A stretch of 64,000 nucleotides of DNA. Source: an uncultured bacterium (lineage in GTDB: Bacteria; Oederibacteriota; Oederibacteriia; Oederibacteriales; Oederibacteriaceae). The notes under the pieces were generated by a model. That model was not told the origin of the DNA. It searched no databases and saw only the letters and a program-made list of their open reading frames with translations. The first letter of the stretch is position 1; each line of letters opens with the position of its first letter. Below, piece by piece: positions 38,552 to 47,614 of the stretch. The position numbers and the translations under genes are program-made. The DNA is taken from assembly GCA_965112635.1 (NCBI GenBank), contig OZ218778.1, positions 1,728,001 through 1,792,000 of the forward strand. Direction: 5' to 3'.

Positions 38552-40462
38552 ATGACTTTTATGACTGGTTTGCCAATCATGGTGGTGGCGCTGTTGGTGA
38601 TAGCGCTGGCGTACCGTTTCTACGGGGCATTTTTGGCGGCCAAGGTGCTGGCGTTTGACCCCAACCGGGTGACGCCTAGCCACAGGCTCAAGGACGGCCA
38701 GAACTACCATCCCACCAACAAATGGGTCTTGTTCGGACACCATTTCGCGGCCATTGCCGGAGCCGGGCCTCTGATAGGGCCGGTCTTGGCGGCGCAGTTC
38801 GGGTTTATGCCGGGGTTTATCTGGCTCCTGGCTGGGAGCGTTTTGGCCGGAGGTGTGCATGACCTGGTCATCCTGTTCGCCTCAGTGAGGCGCGAAGGCA
38901 TGTCCATTGCCGAGATAGCCAAAAAAGAGATCAGCCCGTTCTCAGGCGTGATCACCTCCATCGCGGTTTTCTTTATTATCATCATTGCCCTGGCCGGCCT
39001 GGGCATGGTGGTGGTCAATGCTCTGGCCGAGAGTTCGTGGGCTACCTTTACCATAGCCATGACCATTCCCATTGCCCTGTTCATGGGCTGGTATATGGAA
39101 ATATACCGCAAGGGAGATTTGAAGACCGCTTCCATAATAGGTGTTGTCCTGATGCTGTTGGCTGTGGTGGCGGGCAAGTGGGTCCCAGGGTCTTTTTGCG
39201 CGGATTGGTTCACTTTTTCCAGGCACGGCATTACCTTTTGGATGGCGGTTTACGGGTTTGTGGCGTCCATCCTGCCGGTGTGGATGCTCCTGGCTCCCCG
39301 GGATTACCTCAGTTCCTATATGAAAATAGGGACTATCGGGCTTTTGGCCGTGGGTGTCATCCTCGTTAATCCAACCCTTAAAATGCCCATGCTCCAATAC
39401 GCCTCCGGAGGGCCTATCATCAAAGGCCCGTTGTTTCCCTTTCTCTTTATAACTATTGCCTGCGGAGCCATCTCCGGTTTTCATTCGCTCATTGCCACCG
39501 GCACAACGCCCAAGATGGTGAACAATGAATCCGAGCTTAAATTCATCGGCTACGGGGCCATGCTGGTGGAAGGGCTGGTCAGCATCACGGCCCTGATCGC
39601 GGCCTGCGCCTTATTTCCCGGAGACTATTTTGCCATCAATACACCGGTGGAGGTTTTTAATACTCTGGGCATGACCATGCAGAACCTGCCGGACCTGGCC
39701 AGACAGATAGGCGAGCAGTTGCAGGGCAGGACCGGCGGAGGGGTTTCTTTGGCGGTGGGCATGGCGCAGATATTCAGCGGCCTACCGGGCATGAACGGGC
39801 TGATGTCCTACTGGTACCACTTTGTCATCATGTTCGAGGCGCTCTTTATCCTGACCACGGTGGATGCCGGGACCAGGGTGGGCAGGTTTTTGCTGGAAGA
39901 GTTTTTTGAAATGGCCAGGCCCGGGAATAAAAAGCTGGTCTGGAGGAATAATGTGACCAACCCTGACCGTCCGGATAGAAGGGCAAGCTCTATTATCGCT
40001 TCGGCCATTGTGGTGGCCCTGTGGGCCTACTTTATCTGGACCGGGTCCATCTCCACCATCTGGCCCATGTTCGGCATTGCCAACCAGCTTTTGGCCTGCG
40101 CGGCCCTGGCTATCGGCACGACCGTACTGGTCAACATGGGCAGGACCCGCTATACCTGGACGACCCTGGTCCCCCTGGTGTTCATCAGCGTCACCACGCT
40201 GACCGCCGGAGTGGAAAGCATCCAAAATATTTTCCTGCCTTTGAGCCGGGTGGCGGGCAAGGAGTTTCAGGGGACGCTGAATGTCATCCTGACGGTCATT
40301 ATGATGATCTGCGTGGTGCTGGTGATAGGGGATGCTGTAAAACATTGGGTGAAAGTGTGGGGCAGTCCAGGGCCCGTAGCGCAATCTAAGACAAAAAGGT
40401 TAAGAAGATACCAGACCCTGCTCTCGGGAGAGAGGCAGGGTCTTTTGTTTTTGAGGTCGTAG
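38552..40462 (+). CDS. cstA: Carbon starvation protein A family transporter
   Basis: [51 protein letters not shown]. Confidence 0.95.
   Translation: MTFMTGLPIMVVALLVIALAYRFYGAFLAAKVLAFDPNRVTPSHRLKDGQNYHPTNKWVLFGHHFAAIAGAGPLIGPVLAAQFGFMPGFIWLLAGSVLAGGVHDLVILFASVRREGMSIAEIAKKEISPFSGVITSIAVFFIIIIALAGLGMVVVNALAESSWATFTIAMTIPIALFMGWYMEIYRKGDLKTASIIGVVLMLLAVVAGKWVPGSFCADWFTFSRHGITFWMAVYGFVASILPVWMLLAPRDYLSSYMKIGTIGLLAVGVILVNPTLKMPMLQYASGGPIIKGPLFPFLFITIACGAISGFHSLIATGTTPKMVNNESELKFIGYGAMLVEGLVSITALIAACALFPGDYFAINTPVEVFNTLGMTMQNLPDLARQIGEQLQGRTGGGVSLAVGMAQIFSGLPGMNGLMSYWYHFVIMFEALFILTTVDAGTRVGRFLLEEFFEMARPGNKKLVWRNNVTNPDRPDRRASSIIASAIVVALWAYFIWTGSISTIWPMFGIANQLLACAALAIGTTVLVNMGRTRYTWTTLVPLVFISVTTLTAGVESIQNIFLPLSRVAGKEFQGTLNVILTVIMMICVVLVIGDAVKHWVKVWGSPGPVAQSKTKRLRRYQTLLSGERQGLLFLRS
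40413..40452 (+). terminator. Terminator-like hairpin between convergent genes
   Basis: agaccctgc-tctcgggagagag-gcagggtct followed by tttgttttt; lies inside the last codons of the cstA ORF. Confidence 0.6.
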
Positions 40463-40464
40463 GA

Positions 40465-41460
40465 TTACTTGGCTGAGGAGGTCACTCCTGCCGGTGCTGT
40501 TTTAGGAGATTTTTCCACTGGTGTGCTCATTTCCGTGGCTGCCGCAGCGGTCGGGGTGACGGCTTCAGGATAGGATTTAAGGGTGTCGTCAACCCAGCCC
40601 ATGTTATCAGTATCCTCGGCTTTGGTGAACGCGTCCTTGGCCTTTAACACCAGGTCCGCGCCCTGGGTTTCATCGGCCAGGTAGGCTTCCTTGCAAGCGT
40701 ATCCCAAGTTTTTGGCATAAAGCTTGTTGGCGGGGTCCAGGCGGCAAGCTGTGGAAAGGGGCGCGATGGCGTTCTTGTACTGGCGGTCGCAAATATAGGC
40801 CCAGCCTAGGCGGTTGCTGGCCAGGGCCACGGCCTTGGTGCCCTCGGCTTGAGCGGCCATCTTGTCAAAACAGGCGATGGCCGCTTTGTACTGGAGCTGT
40901 TTCAAAGCGTTGCTCCCGGCCTTGTTGTAATCAGAGTAGGAGCCCTTGGCCGGCGGGGTGACAGGAGAGGCCGCGGCAGCTTCTTCTTTGAGCGACTTGT
41001 CCAGCATGGCTTTGGCCGCGTCGCGGTTATCTTTTTTGTACTCCGGGTCCAGGGCTTCCAGCTTGGCGTAGACCGTCACGGCCTTGGCCACATCCATGGA
41101 AGTCCCTTTGCCCAGCTCGTAATACTGCATCAGGGAAACGCCCAGGTTGTTGAGGGCGTGGCTGGTTTCCTGGTAGGTCAGCGCCCGGTCGAAGTCCGCG
41201 ATGGCTTCGGAGAGTTTGCGCATCTTCAGATGGAGCAAACCCTGGGCGTTGGCCGCGTCGGACCTGGACTTGGGGCCGGTGAACTCCTTTTCCGCGGCCT
41301 GGAACTTCTGCAAAGCCACATCCAGCTTGCCGTCGTTCTCGTCCTGGACCGCTTCGGACCAGAGAGAGTCGGAGGCCCGGACAGTCCTGGCCAGGCCGGC
41401 CACGCAAAGAATAGCCACTCCTAGAAAGAGGGCTAAAAACTTGGTAAAAGTAGTCATCAA
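40465..41460 (-). CDS. Secreted TPR protein
   Basis: Signal peptide; ANAQGL, ALNNLG, SNRLGWAY, KNLGYA TPR motifs; AAGGAGG RBS. Confidence 0.78.
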   Translation of the reverse strand: MMTTFTKFLALFLGVAILCVAGLARTVRASDSLWSEAVQDENDGKLDVALQKFQAAEKEFTGPKSRSDAANAQGLLHLKMRKLSEAIADFDRALTYQETSHALNNLGVSLMQYYELGKGTSMDVAKAVTVYAKLEALDPEYKKDNRDAAKAMLDKSLKEEAAAASPVTPPAKGSYSDYNKAGSNALKQLQYKAAIACFDKMAAQAEGTKAVALASNRLGWAYICDRQYKNAIAPLSTACRLDPANKLYAKNLGYACKEAYLADETQGADLVLKAKDAFTKAEDTDNMGWVDDTLKSYPEAVTPTAAAATEMSTPVEKSPKTAPAGVTSSAK

Positions 41461-41616
41461 GATATCCTCCTTAAGATGAGTTAGGGATGCTTTCCAAATA
41501 TTATACCAATTAAACCAGAACCAATCCCTATACGCTAATATTTTTCCTTTGCAGGGGTGTGTTGGAATGAAGTGGCTTTCAGCAAGGGCAATGGTTATAT
41601 ATAATGGAGTCTGGTG

Positions 41617-41829
41617 TTCATCGGATCAGCGTTTTGGAGACCACGGGCTGTGCCCGTGGATGAAAAAACGCTAGTTTAATAAATAGTTCCTCTCCGAGAG
41701 GATTCCAAAGGAGGTTACTCCTTTGGTCAGTCCGCCGGAGGCGGACTGAATGTTTTGTGGGAGCCACGGGCTACACGCTCATGCGTGCGCACCTTGAGGG
41801 CGTGCCCGTGGGGGCCCCACTCGGATGAA
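41617..41829 (+). other. Highly structured intergenic element (candidate ncRNA or IS200/IS605-derived non-autonomous element)
   Basis: Multiple nested hairpins, including two ccacgggc/gcccgtgg stems; TATAAT at 41600-05. Confidence 0.55.
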
Positions 41830-41841
41830 GGAGAGCAAGGC

Positions 41842-41979
41842 ATGGGCATTTACGACAGGGATTATATGAGGGAGCCGAATCCGGAACCGGATTGGACCCC
41901 GCCGCCGCATAAAAAGTTATGGATCGCCGTCACCGCGGTCGTCATCCTGGTCCTTTTCCTTTACCTCACTTTGAGATAG
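41842..41979 (+). CDS. Small single-TM protein (45 aa)
   Basis: MGIYDRDYMRE...KKLWIAVTAVVILVLFLYLTLR; AAGGAG RBS; next gene has its own RBS. Confidence 0.6.
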   Translation: MGIYDRDYMREPNPEPDWTPPPHKKLWIAVTAVVILVLFLYLTLR

Positions 41980-41991
41980 GAGGCTGGAGCC

Positions 41992-43806
41992 ATGTTCAAG
42001 TTACAAAAGGGGAAGGCGGAGCAAGTCCTTGCCGGGCTGTACCCGGAATATTTCAGCCTCACCAAAGGCAAACCTGTCCAGTGCCGACCATGGCGACGGA
42101 GCGGGCTGGAGGTTTTGAACGTCCGGGAGCAGGCGACCATTTATTATCAGACCCTTTCGGACAAGTTCAAGGCCCTGGGTCTTTTGGCCATCCATCCGGA
42201 ACAACCCTTTATCAGAATGGAAGCGGCCTATACCTTCCGGGGACTGATGGCGGATATGTCCCGCAACGGCGTGGCCAGGCCGGAATTTCTCAAAAAGTGG
42301 ATGGTCCAGCTCAGCCTGATGGGCCTCAATGCCCTGACCCTTTACACCGAGGACACTTATGAGGTGTCCGGCCATCCCCTGGTCGGTTACCTGCGGGGCA
42401 AGTACACCAAGGCGGAATTAAAGGACCTGGACCGGTACGCGGGGCTTTTTGGCATCGAGATGTTCCCGTGCATCCAGACCATCGGCCATTTTTCCCAGAT
42501 CCTCAAATTCAACCACTACGCGGACATCAGGGACACGGAGTGGGAGCTCAACGTGGAGTCCGCCAAGGCGGCACGTTTCGTCAGGGAACTGCTCAGGAAC
42601 GCCAGCGAACCTTACCAAAGCAAGCTCATCCATGTGGGCATGGACGAGACCTGGTCCCTGGGCCGGGGCAAATGTTTCAAGACCAACCAGAAGATGGATC
42701 CCAGGCAGATGTATGTGGGCCACCTGGCCAGGGTCGCCAAACTCTGCGCCGAGCTGGGGCTCAAGCCCATGATGTGGGGGGATATCGTGCTGGGCCAGTA
42801 CAGCACGGAAAGGCTCACCCCGGCGCAGGTAAAACTCCTTCCCAAAAATATGACCATGGATTTCTGGAACTATTACGCCGAGGACAAAAAGGTCTACAAG
42901 CAGGGAGTCGAGCGTTACCGCAAGATGGGCTATGACCCCATCATCTCGCCGGGCCTGACGGACTGGAACCGATGGTGGGGGTATTATCCCAAAGCGGAGC
43001 GGAGCACCAAGCTCTTTATGGAGACCGCCCACCAGATGGGCGTCAAGCGTTCCCTGATGACCATGTGGGGCGATGACGGCCAGGAAACGCCTTTTAGCAG
43101 CAACTGGCCGGGGCTGGCCATGTACAGCGAGCTGTGCTGGAAAGGGCATTTCCACAGGGAAGAGGCCCAGAGGATGGTCCGGGTGCTGAGCGGAGATCCC
43201 TGGGAGAGTTTTGTGGGGCCATGCCAGCTGGACACCCTTAACACCCATACCAAAGAGGGCGCGCCGTCTATGGCCAAGCCTTTCCTCTATGATGACCCCT
43301 TGCTGCGCATTTATTCCTCCCATGCTAGAGGCAAAACCTACAGCCCTATGTTCCTGAAGATCAAAAAACAGCTGGCCAAAGCGGCCAAAAAGGCCCATCC
43401 CCGCAACCGGCTGCTCTTGCAGTACGCTTTTGCATTGGCGGACCTTTTGAGCGTCAAGGCGGACCTGGGGAACGAGGCGTATGCGGCCTACCAGCGTAGG
43501 GACAAGAACAGATTGCGCGCTGTGGCGGGACGGGTGCCGGAAGTGGCGGCCAAGTGCGACAGGTTATGGGAACTGAGGCGACGGATATGGCTGGACGAAT
43601 GCAAACCCTTTGGACTGGAGGTCATTGACCTGAGGATAGGCGGACTGCTCCAAAGGCTGAAAGTTTTCCGGTCGCGTATCGCGGACTATTTGTCCGGACG
43701 GCTGGACAGCATCGAGGAGTTCGAGCAAAAACCGCAAAAACTCTGGAAGTACGAGGAAGCAACTTTGGGTTACAGCGCTGTCAGTACCATTACCGTGGTG
43801 AGGTGA
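41992..43806 (+). CDS. Glycoside hydrolase family 20 (beta-N-acetylhexosaminidase-like)
   Basis: G.M.DMSRN.V, LYTEDTYE, PCIQT.GH, IHVGMDE catalytic motif, MW.D, TMWGDDG. Confidence 0.9.
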   Translation: MFKLQKGKAEQVLAGLYPEYFSLTKGKPVQCRPWRRSGLEVLNVREQATIYYQTLSDKFKALGLLAIHPEQPFIRMEAAYTFRGLMADMSRNGVARPEFLKKWMVQLSLMGLNALTLYTEDTYEVSGHPLVGYLRGKYTKAELKDLDRYAGLFGIEMFPCIQTIGHFSQILKFNHYADIRDTEWELNVESAKAARFVRELLRNASEPYQSKLIHVGMDETWSLGRGKCFKTNQKMDPRQMYVGHLARVAKLCAELGLKPMMWGDIVLGQYSTERLTPAQVKLLPKNMTMDFWNYYAEDKKVYKQGVERYRKMGYDPIISPGLTDWNRWWGYYPKAERSTKLFMETAHQMGVKRSLMTMWGDDGQETPFSSNWPGLAMYSELCWKGHFHREEAQRMVRVLSGDPWESFVGPCQLDTLNTHTKEGAPSMAKPFLYDDPLLRIYSSHARGKTYSPMFLKIKKQLAKAAKKAHPRNRLLLQYAFALADLLSVKADLGNEAYAAYQRRDKNRLRAVAGRVPEVAAKCDRLWELRRRIWLDECKPFGLEVIDLRIGGLLQRLKVFRSRIADYLSGRLDSIEEFEQKPQKLWKYEEATLGYSAVSTITVVR

Positions 43807-43826
43807 GCCCTATTCACACCAGGGGA

Positions 43827-43949
43827 ACGATCGGCTATGGATATGATGCGGCGGGGAACAGGAATAAGTTCAATTCCACTGCGGTCAATGTGAATTATAA
43901 CGCTGCCAATGAAATCACGGATGGGTATGGGGAGACATTCCAGAACTGA
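43827..43949 (+). pseudogene. RHS/YD-repeat fragment
   Basis: Reads TIGYGYDAAGNRNK...YNAANEI...stop, with no start codon. Confidence 0.7.
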
Positions 43950-43975
43950 TCGGAATATATCATTATGACTTAATC

Positions 43976-44320
43976 GTGCCAGTAGTTTTATTTGGGCTGG
44001 AAGAAGGGAAGTTAGTTAATGCCACCCCTAAATGCAGAAACTATTTTGATAAGATAATTGGAAAACAAAAATTAAGTTTGAAAGATGGAGATATGCTTGG
44101 GTTCAGAAATGGGACCATAAAAGATAAATTTCGTGCTGAAAAGGTCAGGGGCCAAATTCTTAGTATTGCTTTTTCATATTTGTATACAGAAAGGGATGTA
44201 GAAGCAAGAAAAGTATTTGACGAGATGTGGCCCCCTGCTGATAGAGAACGGATTTGGAATTGGATGATAGAGCGACGAGCCCAGGGGATATTGAAGCAAA
44301 TTAATTCATCTCTGAAATAA
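43976..44320 (+). CDS. AT-rich hypothetical protein (possibly truncated, possible orphan immunity)
   Basis: 114-aa ORF between RHS relics; weak GTG start; no motif recognised. Confidence 0.45.
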   Translation: MPVVLFGLEEGKLVNATPKCRNYFDKIIGKQKLSLKDGDMLGFRNGTIKDKFRAEKVRGQILSIAFSYLYTERDVEARKVFDEMWPPADRERIWNWMIERRAQGILKQINSSLK

Positions 44321-44444
44321 AAGGGCAACATGCAAAATAGCGTGGTCACCAGTGTTAACCACTACACCTATGACGGGGTAGTAATAAACGGGGGTAAAAT
44401 ATTATCGCTATGATGGATACGAAAAAGGAAAAACACAGAGACCG

Positions 44445-45314
44445 ATGAAAACGCAGATCTGTAATGAAAACCGTACTTATTCAGCTTTTACTTGTCCTAG
44501 TAACCCGATAATTGGTAATAACCTGCGGGTCAGGAAGACGGGTTCAAGCGGGACGACCAATTATCTATATTATGGGCTGTCGGTTGTCCTAGAAACCGAC
44601 AACACAGGGGCAATATCTAAAACTTACAATCCTGGCATAAGCGCAACGGATAAATTTGGGAACAAGTTTTATTATTTGTACGACGGACTTGGGAGCGTGG
44701 TTAACCTAATAGACCAGAAGGGGATACTTGTGCAGGCGTACCAGTACGATGTCTTTGGTGTAGCCTTAGGCGTTAAGAAGGATCAAAACTCCTTCAGGTT
44801 CGTTGGGGCTGGTCAAGTCAACTCGGACGATGATGTTGAGCTCGAATACATGCACTTTAGATGGTTTGACCCTAAAATAGGCAGATTCATATCTAGAGAC
44901 CCCCTTGGGCCCGCTGGGGGGGTGAATCTTTACAGTTATGTGAATAATAATCCAATAAATAGAGTTGATTTATTAGGATTATATAGTAATACGATTCCTT
45001 TTACAAACCTACCTGTGATTCCCGGGTTACCTACGAATAAAGATGTTGAGCAAAAGTTGAAAGATGCAGCCACAGCAAAAGGTGATAACTTATCAGATGC
45101 CGCTGCCGCTGCAATACGTGATGCCTCTAATGCTCTAGGTTCTGAACTTTCTAAATTGAATGATAAAAAAACGCCCCCGGCAGAAAAAGATAAAATTATG
45201 GGAGAACTTGCAAGCAAAATTTTGGACAAGCCGCAAGTGCCTGATAATGTGAAAAAGGAAATTGCAGATTTGTGTAAAAATCATGGTATTAAAATTCCTC
45301 CAAAAAAAGATTAA
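44445..45314 (+). CDS. Orphan RHS-associated core protein with C-terminal putative toxin domain
   Basis: YYLYDGLGSV, YQYDVFG, RWFDPKIGRFISRDP.G..GG.NLYSYV.NNP.N.VD..GL; N-terminally truncated. Confidence 0.85.
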   Translation: MKTQICNENRTYSAFTCPSNPIIGNNLRVRKTGSSGTTNYLYYGLSVVLETDNTGAISKTYNPGISATDKFGNKFYYLYDGLGSVVNLIDQKGILVQAYQYDVFGVALGVKKDQNSFRFVGAGQVNSDDDVELEYMHFRWFDPKIGRFISRDPLGPAGGVNLYSYVNNNPINRVDLLGLYSNTIPFTNLPVIPGLPTNKDVEQKLKDAATAKGDNLSDAAAAAIRDASNALGSELSKLNDKKTPPAEKDKIMGELASKILDKPQVPDNVKKEIADLCKNHGIKIPPKKD

Positions 45315-45567
45315 CAGGATCAATTTAAATATAGGAGATAGAAAATTGAAATATTTGTTACGCAACTACCTTTTGGTCAGCAGGAAGAAATTATTAATTA
45401 GTATTTTATCGCTTTCTTTAATATTTTTGAACAACTTTCTCTTAACGAAATTTAGAAATAATATCTTTGGTTTCGTCTTTTCTGGCGTTTATACTTTTTT
45501 TGTCTATTTATTGCTGATCAATAACATTAATCTTTCCCCTTTATCTCCTTGGGGACTCCTATTAGTA

Positions 45568-47002
45568 GGTTGTGTACCATTCCTGGGTGTAACTTCAACG
45601 AGGGGAAAGGCAAGGTTAGATTGCAGCAATCTAACCTTGCGGCCCCAAAAATAAGTCCACGGGCGTAGACTAGGTGATTGTCTAGGTCACCAAACCCAAA
45701 CTAAAAGGAGGTCTACACCCGTGAAGTCATTATCCCAAAGAATTGAGATTTATACGAACCAGAAAATCAGAGAAAAAGTCAGGAAGATCGCTCAGCCCGG
45801 TGTCGCTCTGGAAGTAATTGGCCAGGAGGTCAATGCCATCATTGCCCAGGCTTTAGATATTCAACTGGAGGCTGAAAGGGACGAGTTTTTGGGCCGTCAG
45901 CCTTATGAACGCCTTGAAAACAGCCCTAAAAGAAACGGTTTTAAATCCACCTCTGTCCCCGGCTTTTTTGGCAGACTTTTTCTGCACAAACCAGCTCTAC
46001 GCCAGGGGTCCCTTCACTCGCCCTTGCTTACCGCCCTCAAACAAGCTGGAAAAGGCCTGGCTTCCTTCCTCGCCATCCGCTTCTGGCTCAAAGGCGCTGC
46101 CACTCGCTCTACCGCCGCTGAGATAAATGCCGCTTTGGGCACAAAGCTCTCTCACTCCACCGTCTCCACTCTCACCAACGCCTTGGAGCCAGCCATCCGT
46201 CAGTGGATGAATCGTCCCATTCCTCCCAACATCACCTACCTGCTCCTGGACGCCGCCTACCTGCCTGTCAGAAGACCTGGTTTTACCTCCAAACAAGCTC
46301 TATTGCTCGCCCTAGGCATGGATTCCTTTGGCAATCGCCATGTCCTGGGTTTCCTTCTCGGCGATAGAGAGTCCTTGGACTCCTGGCAGGCTTTTATCAA
46401 TGACCTCCTCAAAAGAGGCCTTAACCGCAACACCCTCAGGCTCGTCATCTCCGATGAACACAAGGCCATTGAGCAGGCCGTCAAAAACCTCCTGGCTGTC
46501 CCTCACCAGCTCTGCCTGGTCCACAAGATCCGAAACCTCAGAGCCATTATGCCTCGCCGTGACTGGGGTGCCTTCCTTAACGATTTCAAAGCTATCTATT
46601 GGGCCGATTCCCGCAAACTGGCTCTCCAGGCCTTTGGCCGCCTCCAAGCTCGCTGGATGAAACTCTATCCTAGAGCTACGGCTATGGCTCTCGATAGGTT
46701 CGACAACCTCACCACCTTCATGAACGAACCCCAGCATGTCTGGCGCACTCTCCGCTCCAGCAATCTCATCGAACGCTTTATCGCCGAGATCAAACGGCGC
46801 ACCCGTGCTGCCGGCACCATGCACTCCGAATTGGAGGTCGCTAAGATCGTCTGGTCTGTTTCTACCACTCAGGAAGATAATTGGTCTAAAAGAAAACTCT
46901 GGAAATCTCAAGGAGGTGATCTGGTTCAGGAAGGCTTGCTAAATGTTGCTTAACCTACTACCCGTGGACTTAACAACTTACACCCGAAAACTTGACATAA
47001 TC
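45568..47002 (+). mobile_element. IS256 family insertion sequence (1435 bp) with 8-bp TSD tattagta
   Basis: TSD at 45560-67 and 47003-10; imperfect terminal IRs ggttgtgtaccattcctgggtgtaa / ttacacccgaaaacttgacataatc. Confidence 0.92.
45721..46953 (+). CDS. IS256 family (mutator-type) DDE transposase
   Basis: RNG, LDA.Y, G.RES...W, ISDEH.AI, QLC.VHK.RN, RSSN.IER...E.KRRT. Confidence 0.93.
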   Translation: MKSLSQRIEIYTNQKIREKVRKIAQPGVALEVIGQEVNAIIAQALDIQLEAERDEFLGRQPYERLENSPKRNGFKSTSVPGFFGRLFLHKPALRQGSLHSPLLTALKQAGKGLASFLAIRFWLKGAATRSTAAEINAALGTKLSHSTVSTLTNALEPAIRQWMNRPIPPNITYLLLDAAYLPVRRPGFTSKQALLLALGMDSFGNRHVLGFLLGDRESLDSWQAFINDLLKRGLNRNTLRLVISDEHKAIEQAVKNLLAVPHQLCLVHKIRNLRAIMPRRDWGAFLNDFKAIYWADSRKLALQAFGRLQARWMKLYPRATAMALDRFDNLTTFMNEPQHVWRTLRSSNLIERFIAEIKRRTRAAGTMHSELEVAKIVWSVSTTQEDNWSKRKLWKSQGGDLVQEGLLNVA

Positions 47003-47219
47003 TATTAGTACAATTCGTTTACAACTTTCTCTTTATCTATCTTCTTATCTATTTTAGTGGGTTGAAAAATATGTATTTGAAAATAGGAATGTTATTGCTT
47101 CTCCTGGGCTTCCATTTTTTAGGTGATTATCTTTCCTTTAAACTTTATATGCAGTATTTAGAACCTATTTGGAGGTCTTATCATAATTGAGATAAAACGC
47201 TTTTGTCCGGTTTCTTCCA

Positions 47220-47267
47220 AATACCTACGACGCCTTCGGCTCTGCCCTAGGCGTAACTAAGAAACTG
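47220..47267 (+). pseudogene. Short RHS core relic
   Basis: Reads NTYDAFGSALGVTKK, matching YQYDVFGVALGVKK in the 44445 RHS ORF. Confidence 0.65.
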
Positions 47268-47368
47268 AATGGAATCATGCTTTTAGGCAAGTATACAGTT
47301 GATGAGTTAATTTTTATTTAAGTGATAACTTTATATTGTTTTCGATAATTTATGGAGGGGGAAATATT

Positions 47369-47614
47369 ATGAAAAGGTTTAATCTTCTTTCAGTAATTCT
47401 TCCTATGTTGATTTTCTTAATTAGTTCAACCATTCACAGTGCCGTATTTGAGTTAAGTGATTCGTCCAATTATGAACTTCGTTTTGACGGGGCCAACGAT
47501 GAGGACCAGACAGGGAATGTTGTGGTAACGGGAGATTTGAATGGAGATGGCATACCTGATCTGGTCATAGCAGCAAAAAACGCATCATTTAATCGAATTG
47601 GGGTCACATCTTGA
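47369..47614 (+). pseudogene. Truncated secreted FG-GAP (integrin-alpha-like) repeat protein
   Basis: Signal peptide plus one G..V..GDLNGDGIPDLVI.A repeat; frame ends inside the left IR of the Y1 element. Confidence 0.72.

Larger units (their letters stand above)
45346..47190 (+). pseudogene. Membrane protein (probable RHS immunity, ~133 aa) interrupted by IS256
   Basis: Removing the IS and one TSD joins 45346-45567 to 47011-47190 in frame (…PWGLLLV|QFVYNFLF…RSYHN*); TTG start after AGGAGA. Confidence 0.78.

Noticed and set aside
45262-45654. 130-aa ORF as an intact gene
   Set aside because: It is a chimera of the 5' part of the interrupted membrane gene and IS256 left-end sequence.
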